A stretch of 50,075 nucleotides of DNA from an uncultured Candidatus Bathyarchaeia archaeon (GTDB lineage: Archaea; Thermoproteota; Bathyarchaeia; 40CM-2-53-6; JALHTG01). Made by a program: the position numbers and the translations under genes. Positions within the stretch are counted from its first letter, which is position 1; each line of letters opens with the position of its first letter. The notes beneath the pieces were generated by a model that worked only from the letters and a program-made list of their open reading frames with translations, did no database searches and had not been told where the DNA came from. Where the stretch lies: contig CAZZFQ010000004.1 in the NCBI GenBank assembly GCA_964653695.1, forward strand, positions 1 to 50,075, written 5' to 3'. Shown here piece by piece: positions 42,818 through 50,075 of this stretch.

Positions 42818-44248
42818 CTATTTGGACCATAGGCCCAGAGGCGGTTTCACGTCAGGTGGCAGAGGTGATTTATAGGTCCTTCCCGCCAGTTTCTGCTCAA
42901 ACTGGTCGTGAGCTTTCTTCAGCAATTCGGGTTTGGTTAGTAGGTCGAGGACGCATGCAGAGATTGTCTTGGCAGCAAAGATCAGTGACTTGTGTCCTAT
43001 TCCCATGCCTGACTGGGCTGTGTTCTGCCAAGAGTGGCCAGGGGTTCCTAGCACGAATGTCGCTGTAGTGAATTCCATCGTTGGTGCCCTCCAACTTACA
43101 TCTGCTACATCTGTTGAGCCGGGGCTTACCTCTCCTTCGTTCCACGCGTCAGGAACTGACTGGTCTAGGTCGATGTCCATCAGCTTCTCCCATCCAGGCC
43201 TTTTGGTTTTTCGCAAAGATCCTCTCTTGCTTTCAGGCGTTATGGTCTTGGCTATCTCTCTTGCGAACCTCTGTTCCTCTTCAGTATGCTTTGGCGCGCC
43301 GATCTCGCGCATGTTGCTGACTACGAGTTCACTAAGGACGCGGTTGGGAAGCTCGTTGTATACGGCCTTGACGAACTCCACTCTATGCGTCGTGTCAGTC
43401 ATTATCGTAGCGCCCTTGGCGATCTCAAGAATCCGATTGTATATCTGATCGACCTGCTCTCTTTCAGGAGCACGTATCAGGTACCAAGAGCGAGCATATG
43501 CAGGGACAACGTTAGGCTGGTCCCCTCCGGCCTCGACGACATAGTGAATTCGAGCTTCTTGAATGACATGTTCCCGCAAGAAGTTCACGCCAATATTCAT
43601 CAGCTCGACTGCATCCATCGCGCTGCGCCCCTGCTCCGGAGAACCAGCGGCATGTGATGAAATCCCATAGAAGTGGAACTTCACCGAATCGTTCGCCAAG
43701 CTACTCGAGAGGCCACCAGTATTCATCGAACCGGGATGATGGCTCAGTACTGCGTCCAAGCCGTCGAAGAGCCCTTCTCTGACCATGAAGACCTTACCGC
43801 TACCGCTTTCCTCCGCCGGAGTCCCAAAGAACTTGAGAGTACCCTTGATGCCATTTGCCTCCATGGCAACTCTTGCGCCTATCGCTCCGGCCATCCCTGA
43901 AGCTCCGTGAATATTGTGGCCGCACCCATGGCCTGGGGCTCCCTCAGCCAATGGCTCCTTTCTTGGAAGAGCTTTCTGGGACAGCCCTGGAAGGGCATCG
44001 TACTCGCCCATTACTCCTATGATTGGTCTGCCTGAGCCGTAGGTCGCCACGAAAGCGGTGGGCATCCCTGCAACGCCCATCTCAACCTTGAACCCAACCT
44101 TCGTAAGCTCCTCAGCGAGCAAGGATGAGGATTTGAACTCCTGCAATCCGAGTTCCGCGAACTCCCATATCTTATCGCTGACTTCAATGATTCTCGACTC
44201 GTTCTTGGAAATCCAGCTCAGAGCTTTCTCCTTGGCCGCTTGCGACAT
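42818..44248 (-). CDS. M20-family amidohydrolase (aminobenzoyl-glutamate hydrolase subunit B-like)
   Basis: 476-aa ORF with GEYDALPG, the HGCGHN metal motif, GTPAEE, and an AbgB-like length and C-terminus. Confidence 0.8.
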   Translation of the reverse strand: MSQAAKEKALSWISKNESRIIEVSDKIWEFAELGLQEFKSSSLLAEELTKVGFKVEMGVAGMPTAFVATYGSGRPIIGVMGEYDALPGLSQKALPRKEPLAEGAPGHGCGHNIHGASGMAGAIGARVAMEANGIKGTLKFFGTPAEESGSGKVFMVREGLFDGLDAVLSHHPGSMNTGGLSSSLANDSVKFHFYGISSHAAGSPEQGRSAMDAVELMNIGVNFLREHVIQEARIHYVVEAGGDQPNVVPAYARSWYLIRAPEREQVDQIYNRILEIAKGATIMTDTTHRVEFVKAVYNELPNRVLSELVVSNMREIGAPKHTEEEQRFAREIAKTITPESKRGSLRKTKRPGWEKLMDIDLDQSVPDAWNEGEVSPGSTDVADVSWRAPTMEFTTATFVLGTPGHSWQNTAQSGMGIGHKSLIFAAKTISACVLDLLTKPELLKKAHDQFEQKLAGRTYKSPLPPDVKPPLGLWSK

Positions 44249-44413
44249 GTCGATCAGTCCCCGCCTAGCTGCATATCTTCTCTATAAATGTAAGTTAGAT
44301 CAAGAGCAAGCTGAAAGTAGGCCCATTGCTGAGCACGGCCCGCACTCTACAGCGCACAACTTATCAGGCTTGCAACTCATCTTGAGCTGAGTGCGGGAAT
44401 TCGGGGTTCGGCA

Positions 44414-45388
44414 ATGATAAGATCGTTTGATTCTTTCGTCGGAAGAATGAGTTACTGCTACTCGAAGTGCCTCATGATGATACTTCAGTCGAAAGGCGAA
44501 TGCTACCAGTTGCCTTTCATGGAGTGCATAACAACCGCTCCTTTTGGTTTTGTCTATGCACCTGAAGACAAGGGAGGATTCGCCGTGAGCGGCTACAACC
44601 CTCACGTCAGCGTCGGCCGCGCCCTGAGACTGCTGAGGTACGACAACAATTTCAGATCCTTTTCGAGTAGTAGCGTAGCTCTGGGATTTCTCAGGCGAAC
44701 TCTCGAGAAAGACGCTGTGCTGATCGGTCCGGTTGACATGGGCTTTCTAACATACGATCGATATCGCGAATTCAAACTCGGTTCAGACCATTACCTTGTC
44801 GCAACCGAGGTAGATGATGGAAATGTTGTCGTAAATGATCCAGACGGCTACGTTCAAGTTCCAATCCCGATCGCGGATTTCCTCAGGGCTTGGAAGGCTG
44901 ACAGGATACAGTACAAGCGTGGGCCTTACTCCCTCTGGACCATAGGTAGAAGAAGAGGGAAGACGCCAAGAAGACGCATCTACAAGGCAACACTCAGACT
45001 CGCATTGAGAAACTTAAGGGAAAGGCAAGAGGTGAAAAGAGCGGGACGTATCGTCTATTGTACTGGGCCAAAGGCGATTCAGCGGCTTGCGGATGATATA
45101 AAGAGGAAGCGTTCATCACGCTGGCTTCGGTTCTATTCAACATTTACCTTCAGGGCCTCAGCGCAGAAGTGCTTCGACAGCTCTATCTTCATCAAAGAAG
45201 CACCGTCATCCAATGCGAGTCTCTCAAGAGCATCGGAGATTAGAATGACTCAGGCCAGACTATACAGCCGCACGCAACTCTACGGAGCAAGTAACAAATT
45301 CTCCCAGGTCTCAAGAACGCTTTCCTCAATATCTCAACTTGAGGAAGATTTCGAGAAGCAACTAGCGGTTGGCTTGGCCAGGATCTAG
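44414..45388 (+). CDS. Hypothetical protein, possible BtrH-N/C39-like papain-fold domain
   Basis: 324-aa ORF. The N-terminal Cys-containing segment (SYCYSKCLMMILQSKGECYQLPFMECITTAPFGFVY) and DHYLVATEVDDGNVVVNDPDG resemble BtrH_N/peptidase C39-like folds. This is a weak call made by eye. Confidence 0.4.
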   Translation: MIRSFDSFVGRMSYCYSKCLMMILQSKGECYQLPFMECITTAPFGFVYAPEDKGGFAVSGYNPHVSVGRALRLLRYDNNFRSFSSSSVALGFLRRTLEKDAVLIGPVDMGFLTYDRYREFKLGSDHYLVATEVDDGNVVVNDPDGYVQVPIPIADFLRAWKADRIQYKRGPYSLWTIGRRRGKTPRRRIYKATLRLALRNLRERQEVKRAGRIVYCTGPKAIQRLADDIKRKRSSRWLRFYSTFTFRASAQKCFDSSIFIKEAPSSNASLSRASEIRMTQARLYSRTQLYGASNKFSQVSRTLSSISQLEEDFEKQLAVGLARI

Positions 45389-45474
45389 CATGGTGTACTG
45401 TCATGTTTCAGGCCTCGCGGCTCACCCAATAGGTTAATTACTCCGACGATTGCCTAGCTGTACGCGTGGTGGTT

Positions 45475-45627
45475 ATGGCTGAGGTAAAGCCTTCAGGGCT
45501 TCCTTGCGGTCGAAACTGGGGATCCATCAGGCCAGAATGCAGAAAATGCGACCAAAAGATGAACTGCCGCCTCTACGTTGAGGATTGGAAGAAGAAAAAG
45601 AAGATGCAGCGAAGAGGAGGCATGTAG
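45475..45627 (+). CDS. Small Cys-rich protein (50 aa), below ORF-track cutoff
   Basis: ATG preceded by GGTGGTT (SD-like). It encodes MAEVKPSGLPCGRNWGSIRPECRKCDQKMNCRLYVEDWKKKKKMQRRGGM, with four Cys and a basic tail. A T-rich tract follows the stop. Confidence 0.35.
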   Translation: MAEVKPSGLPCGRNWGSIRPECRKCDQKMNCRLYVEDWKKKKKMQRRGGM

Positions 45628-45789
45628 CCCGCAGAGCCTGCTCTGCCCTTGCATCTAGTTTCTTCTTTTCTAGGTCAATCTTTCTGGCGCCACGAAACAC
45701 AATAAGAGTTGGATATATCCCCCCTTCTGATCTGCGGCTGACAGATTTTTAAGGCGAAAAGGATCTGCTCAAACGATGTGAAGGTCTAG

Positions 45790-46356
45790 ATGAGAATTGC
45801 ATTCATCATATATGACGGAATGACTGCCCTCGACTTTGTCGGTGTCTACGACCCAGTGACCCGACTCAGAACGATGGGTTTCCTGCCAGATCTCGAATGG
45901 GAGATCTGCGCTTATTCCAAAGAGGTGTCCGATTCCACGGGGCTTCGTTTCACACCAACCAAGGCAGGAGAGCCTCTTCAGGGGTATGATATGGTCATTG
46001 TACCAGGAGGATTCGGTTCAAGAAAACTGCTTGAGGATAAGAAGTTTATCGAATGGCTGAGAAGTGCTGCACCATGTGGGTTCAAGGTTTCTGTCTGCAC
46101 TGGCTCGCTTCTCTTGGGCGCTGCTGGATTCCTAAAAGGAAAGAAGGCGACGACCCATAGAAGCGCGCTTAGTGAACTTCAGATGTTCTGCGATAAGGTT
46201 GTTGATGAGCGCATTGTGGACGAAGGCGACGTCATAACTGCGCGAGGGGTAACCTCCTCAATTGACCTTGGTCTCTATCTCTGTGGGAAGTTTGGCAGTG
46301 TGGAAGCTAGAGAGAAAATCATGCAGCAAATGGATTATGAACGGTCAGGCAAATAG
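45790..46356 (+). CDS. DJ-1/PfpI/ThiJ-family protein
   Basis: 188-aa ORF with the nucleophile-elbow motif VSVCTGSLLLGAAGFLKGKKATTH and VPGGFG. Confidence 0.85.
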   Translation: MRIAFIIYDGMTALDFVGVYDPVTRLRTMGFLPDLEWEICAYSKEVSDSTGLRFTPTKAGEPLQGYDMVIVPGGFGSRKLLEDKKFIEWLRSAAPCGFKVSVCTGSLLLGAAGFLKGKKATTHRSALSELQMFCDKVVDERIVDEGDVITARGVTSSIDLGLYLCGKFGSVEAREKIMQQMDYERSGK

Positions 46357-46388
46357 TGCTTCGACCAGATGAGCCTTGTTCAGGAACT

Positions 46389-47594
46389 TTATGCCGCGAC
46401 CGTCAGCGAATCTAAGTCTCTTGGAAACTTTGTGACGCGTTCAGGGCCTTTCTCTGTGACGATCACGGTATCGGAGTGCCTGAAACCGCCGAATCCGCGG
46501 ACATAGATTCCCGGCTCACATGAGAGAACCATTCCTGGCTCTATCTTACGGTCCATGAACGCAGTATAGTAAGGGTACTCATGGCCTCCGAGCCCCATCC
46601 CATGAAACGTCCTGTGCATAATGTAGTCGCCGCAACCTGCGTCTTCGATGACCTTCTGCGCTGCCGCGTCTACATCCGAGAACTTGTTGCCAGGCTTCTC
46701 AGCTTCGAAGGCCCTTTGTTGGGCTTCCATCATTACGTTGAAGATCTTAGCCTGCTTCTCGGTTGGCTTTCCAACCATGAATGTTCTTTCGTTCTCCACG
46801 CCATATGCGTTGAGACGAACGGCAGTTATGTCGATGAGGCTGTCGCCTTTCTCGACTTTCCTGCCGACCCCTCGTGTCGTATGTGGCATCGGGCTGAAAA
46901 TAGGACCGGAACCCATGACCATGGCTCTGATCTCTATGGCGCCATCAGGATATTTCGCAGCGGCATCGCGCTGCATGGCCTTTGAGGCTTCTACACCGAT
47001 CTCAAGTTGAGGCTTCCCCATTCGGATTTCGCTCATGAGAACCTCTTGTCCCACGTCGCTGATTGGGCCGCACTTTCTTATCAGGTCGAGCTCTTCTCGG
47101 CACTTTATCAGCCGCATCTCTCGCAGAAGATCTGATGCGTCAACTAGGGTCGTATGAGCAAGCCTTGAAGACAGTTCGGAGGCAACTGCCGCAGGTCTCA
47201 TATCTACGCCGATCTTTCCGTGTAGACATTTCTTCTCATCGAGAGAGTCTGTAACCATGTCAGGCCATTGCACGGTAAGGTAAGTTCTGTTGACCTGTCT
47301 GGGATGCTCGACGTAGAGCCTTATGTCTTTGACTGCACAGGTGCCTTTTTCGACTTCGTAGAGCGCATGATTGGTGGACAGTTCACATAGGACCAGGAAA
47401 GGTTGCGCGTCAAGCGGAACAACGCAGACGATGGGCCTCTCTGCCGGGTTTCTGGTGTCATCTATGAATCCTGATACATATGTGAGATTCAGACTGTCGA
47501 ATACCATGAGTGCATTCAAGTCGTTTCTCTTGAGATATTCGCGTATTCTTCTGAATCGTTCTTCGAAAACAGATAGCGGGATCTCATATGTCAT
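46389..47594 (-). CDS. M24-family Xaa-Pro peptidase/creatinase-like metallopeptidase
   Basis: 401-aa ORF with a creatinase-like N-domain. Pita-bread motifs are present (GDSLIDIT, HRTFHGMGLGGHEYP, VLSCEPGIY, RHSDTVIVTE). Confidence 0.85.
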   Translation of the reverse strand: MTYEIPLSVFEERFRRIREYLKRNDLNALMVFDSLNLTYVSGFIDDTRNPAERPIVCVVPLDAQPFLVLCELSTNHALYEVEKGTCAVKDIRLYVEHPRQVNRTYLTVQWPDMVTDSLDEKKCLHGKIGVDMRPAAVASELSSRLAHTTLVDASDLLREMRLIKCREELDLIRKCGPISDVGQEVLMSEIRMGKPQLEIGVEASKAMQRDAAAKYPDGAIEIRAMVMGSGPIFSPMPHTTRGVGRKVEKGDSLIDITAVRLNAYGVENERTFMVGKPTEKQAKIFNVMMEAQQRAFEAEKPGNKFSDVDAAAQKVIEDAGCGDYIMHRTFHGMGLGGHEYPYYTAFMDRKIEPGMVLSCEPGIYVRGFGGFRHSDTVIVTEKGPERVTKFPRDLDSLTVAA

Positions 47595-47700
47595 TGAAGA
47601 CCCTCAAGTAAGGGTCCAGCTGACGAATTATAAGACTAACATTTTGCTCTCGCCGATCCGGGCGCGCTTGCAAATGACGAGCACAGGTCAGAACTGCGGC

Positions 47701-48291
47701 CTACGATTGGCAGCTTTGCCGTCGCCTCATCTTTGAAACAAACAGGTTGTCTTTGATGTGGAATCTGAGTCGGCGATCCTTCCATCCAGTTACCCCTATG
47801 CGTGGGGATGAGACAATGCTCTTAGGCCTGTAACCGTCATCTATGATTGAGACCTCTCTGTCCACGAGAGACTTCCCATCGTCCTGGCGTGTTATACCCA
47901 TTGCTCTGCACAATAGGCCCGGCCCAGAAGTTCTTTCGCTCACGTTTTCAAGGGGTTCGGCAGCTCTTATGAGCACTGCTTCGCCCTGCCCTGTGACTGC
48001 GTTCATACAGCTCTGACCGTGAACAGCGTAGACATAGATTGTTCCGGGACCTTTGAACATACTCTGATTTCTCCTGGTCTGACCTTTGAAAGCATGGTTG
48101 GCTGGGTCACCGCTCACATAAGCTTCGGTTTCGACTATGCGAGCAGTCAATCTTTTGTCTCGTTTTATCAGGATCAGTTTCCCAAGGAGTTCTCGCGCGA
48201 CAAGGACGGTGTTTCGACCGTAGAAGCTCTTGGGCAGGGCAATGTCCCGCTGGGCTCTCTCTTTTGCGATTTTGCTCATTTTCTTCTCCAT
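47701..48291 (-). CDS. DNA-3-methyladenine glycosylase (MPG/AAG family)
   Basis: 196-aa ORF containing FYGRNTVLVARELLGKLL, RIVETEAYVSGDPANHAF, RNQSMF, GTIYVYAVHG and AVLIRAAEP. Confidence 0.85.
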   Translation of the reverse strand: MEKKMSKIAKERAQRDIALPKSFYGRNTVLVARELLGKLILIKRDKRLTARIVETEAYVSGDPANHAFKGQTRRNQSMFKGPGTIYVYAVHGQSCMNAVTGQGEAVLIRAAEPLENVSERTSGPGLLCRAMGITRQDDGKSLVDREVSIIDDGYRPKSIVSSPRIGVTGWKDRRLRFHIKDNLFVSKMRRRQSCQS

Positions 48292-48426
48292 TGGATTTTG
48301 AGAATCTTCGGCTTCGCATCAATGCTGTATCTACTCAAGCGTGCTTTTTCTTGAGCAAGCTAAACTTTCAGAAGATACTCTTCGATAATTGTAGGTGGTC
48401 TAGTTCCTGCGTCTGTGCTCTTCTAT

Positions 48427-48594
48427 TCAGTACTTCCTCGGCTTGAAAGGGCTCTTGCTGTAGAAATCAATGGGTCTAGGGATCACCAAGAATCGGTTGC
48501 AGTCAGGGCAGATGTAGTGCTCCGAGAACGTTTCACTGGAGTAGAAAGTCATCTCCCTGTCGCAGCCAGGGCACTTCGGATCGGCCTTCTCCAT
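48427..48594 (-). CDS. Small zinc-ribbon protein (55 aa), below ORF-track cutoff
   Basis: Encodes MEKADPKCPGCDREMTFYSSETFSEHYICPDCNRFLVIPRPIDFYSKSPFKPRKY, with a CPGC...CPDC pair. An SD-like GGTGACGGTGG lies a few nt upstream of the ATG. It sits 71 nt downstream of the transporter gene on the same strand. Confidence 0.4.
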   Translation of the reverse strand: MEKADPKCPGCDREMTFYSSETFSEHYICPDCNRFLVIPRPIDFYSKSPFKPRKY

Positions 48595-48665
48595 CTATCC
48601 ACCGTCACCGGAGTGTACGCGTCCTCACACACATGTGCTTTTCGGTCATCTCCAGTTTTCAGACC

Positions 48666-49835
48666 CTATGCCTTTCCGGAAGTTTGATCGGATACTCGGC
48701 GACTAATTAGAAGAGCGATGTACCCTGTAGCGACGATATTCACTGCAGCTTGGATGAAGGTCGTACCGCCCACAAATAGCGCGACTGCTACGGCAACAAA
48801 CTTTGCAGAGCTCAAAGGCGTGACAACATGCAGTATGACAGGCATTGCAACGAGAAGCGTTCCGCCTTGTATTCCAGGCGACCCGAAGCCGATAAGAGCA
48901 ACCGGGACAGCCAGCAGAAGCATCTGCAGCCAAGAGATCTCCAAACCTGTATAGCGTGCAGCCATAAACGTCACAACAAGAACACCCATAACGCTGCCAC
49001 ATCGATTCAGCGAGGCTCCAAGCGAGAGAACGAGATCGCCAATGCCTTCGCTGATGCTGAAGTGTTCCTTGAAGATCTTGAGGGCTAGCGGGAGGGCCAC
49101 GTATGAAGAACCAGTGGATAGCCCGACGGCAAACATCCTCGTTGAATATCCTGACATTTCTCTGACTCTTACTTGAGTGACCCTTTGTACTGCAATGAAG
49201 AGACCAGCCAAAGCGGCCAATCCAAGGGTCAAAGTCAAACCCATGGAGATTAGGTAAACCAACAGCGAAACCTGCCCAAGATTGTAGTACAGGGCACCAC
49301 CCAGCGAGATTGCGATCGCTGGGAAGACCTTGAGTAAGAGCTTGAAGGCTTGCTCTTGACTTCCGTAGATCTTCTTTGAGAAATAAACGGCTTTCCCAAA
49401 GAATGAGGTGCGCGAGAATCCGTAGGCAAGGATTACGCCAAGAATTAGGGATACTGTAACCGGTCGAAGTAGGCTGGTCAGCATGATCTGCACGATGTAC
49501 TGGAAAGCTTCGACTGATATCCCCATAGAAGATGATGGGGGAGGCAGCACAGACGAAAGAATGATTGCTGCGAATAGGGAACATCCCAGAACAAGGGACA
49601 CAAAATACATGACGGATGCCTTGATCACTGTTCCTGCAACATCTCTCTCAGAGATCAATGAGCATGTGGAATTGAAGATGATCACAAACACTATGACAGG
49701 AGCAAGAAACATGAACACAGTGATGAAAGTGTGAACAACGATGGAGAATAGGTCGATCTTGGTCGGAACAACATAGGCGACGAGAAGTCCTAGCAGGAAA
49801 GAAACGAGTAGCCAATATTCAAAACGGATTCTCAT
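48666..49835 (-). CDS. Divergent dicarboxylate/amino acid:cation symporter (SDF/DAACS-like) membrane transporter
   Basis: 389-aa polytopic ORF. GLSTGSSYVALPLAL resembles the SSS.TLP hairpin motif. GASLNRCGSVM resembles the NMDGT region. GSPGIQGGTLLVAMPVIL resembles the G.PG hairpin-2 motif. The family call is by eye. Confidence 0.55.
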   Translation of the reverse strand: MRIRFEYWLLVSFLLGLLVAYVVPTKIDLFSIVVHTFITVFMFLAPVIVFVIIFNSTCSLISERDVAGTVIKASVMYFVSLVLGCSLFAAIILSSVLPPPSSSMGISVEAFQYIVQIMLTSLLRPVTVSLILGVILAYGFSRTSFFGKAVYFSKKIYGSQEQAFKLLLKVFPAIAISLGGALYYNLGQVSLLVYLISMGLTLTLGLAALAGLFIAVQRVTQVRVREMSGYSTRMFAVGLSTGSSYVALPLALKIFKEHFSISEGIGDLVLSLGASLNRCGSVMGVLVVTFMAARYTGLEISWLQMLLLAVPVALIGFGSPGIQGGTLLVAMPVILHVVTPLSSAKFVAVAVALFVGGTTFIQAAVNIVATGYIALLISRRVSDQTSGKA

Positions 49836-49944
49836 CTGATTTCCTCGCTAAGGTCGCCGAGATGTTCACTTCTCCTACATCAACCATCAGAAAGGTCGAG
49901 AGAGGGCGCCTAGGAAGTAGGCCTATACCTGAAGTTGGATGGAT

Positions 49945-50075
49945 CTAACCTGTGAGGAGATATAGCCCTGTCATCTCCCAGATGGCTCCGGCAATGAGAA
50001 GCACTACCACCACGACGTACAGCGTTGCCACGTCGCGCCATGTTTTCTTGAATGCGCTCCACCTGTTCTCAGCGC
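49945..50075 (-). CDS. Partial CDS (3' end only): C-terminal TM segment of an unidentified protein
   Basis: The open frame runs off the window edge: ..AENRWSAFKKTWRDVATLYVVVVVLLIAGAIWEMTGLYLLTG*. The stop is plus-strand CTA at 49945-49947. Confidence 0.3.
   Translation of the reverse strand, partial: AENRWSAFKKTWRDVATLYVVVVVLLIAGAIWEMTGLYLLTG

Noticed and set aside
48703-49584. 293-aa minus-strand ORF in an alternative frame of the transporter gene.
   Set aside because: It is fully nested in 48666..49835, which has coherent TM helices and SDF-like motifs. The alternative frame is Arg/Ser/Cys-rich with no membrane or domain signature.
1-50075. Looked for CRISPR arrays, tRNA/rRNA genes, IS elements, integrases, toxin-antitoxin pairs and known defence genes.
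   Set aside because: I saw no regularly spaced direct repeats and no GGTTCGAATCC-type T-arm cloverleaf candidates in intergenic gaps. I recognised no transposase, integrase or nuclease motifs among the ORFs. The only periodic repeat is the coding anchor module of the five paralogs. This was a by-eye search, so tRNAscan-SE, Infernal and CRISPR finders should confirm it.

Overview
This is a gene-dense 50-kb window with about 50 protein-coding ORFs on both strands. It reads as an archaeal chromosome segment. AT-rich TATA-like boxes sit 25-40 nt upstream of several starts with short or no leaders, and GTG/TTG starts are frequent. It also carries thiolase+DUF35 gene pairs, a pyruvate-kinase-C-terminal-like protein and an archaeal-style OB-fold protein. 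The lineage cannot be determined from this window. By eye I found no rRNA, tRNA, CRISPR array, transposase or integrase.

Layout:
- 366-5533: thiolase-fold and DUF35 genes. There is one canonical thiolase+DUF35 pair, plus a divergently transcribed cluster of two non-canonical thiolase-fold genes and two DUF35 genes.
- 5650-21751: an accessory cell-envelope island, described below.
- 21857-29968: a ThiT thiamine transporter behind a clear TPP riboswitch, followed by CoA-ester metabolism (acyl-CoA dehydrogenase, CoA-transferase A/B, 3-hydroxyacyl-CoA dehydrogenase, PaaK-like ligase). This block also holds an internally deleted histidine/aromatic ammonia-lyase remnant, a gamma-carbonic-anhydrase-like hexapeptide protein and a DUF385-like protein.
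- 30278-50075: mixed genes, including a 999-aa phosphodiesterase+glycosidase fusion, MFS, CcdA, CBS, HDAC-like, Mtd-like, M20 and M24 peptidases, DJ-1/PfpI, 3-methyladenine glycosylase and an SDF-type transporter.

The most interesting signal is the island at 5650-21751. Five tightly packed minus-strand genes (5650-16611) encode modular surface proteins. Each has a hydrophobic leader, an interchangeable head (four Vgb-like 7-bladed propellers, one NosD-like beta-helix), a Thr/Ser-rich stalk, and a shared C-terminal Cys-box/FNAFYYSFSP membrane-anchor module. Next to them lie a tandem lectin-like secreted protein and two GT-C-type membrane glycosyltransferase candidates. One of these is PMT-like and is split by a frame disruption.

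Three gene lesions are visible: the PMT-like split, the ammonia-lyase deletion, and an Mtd-like N-terminus broken at a homopolymer. All function calls come from motif recognition by eye, with no database search.
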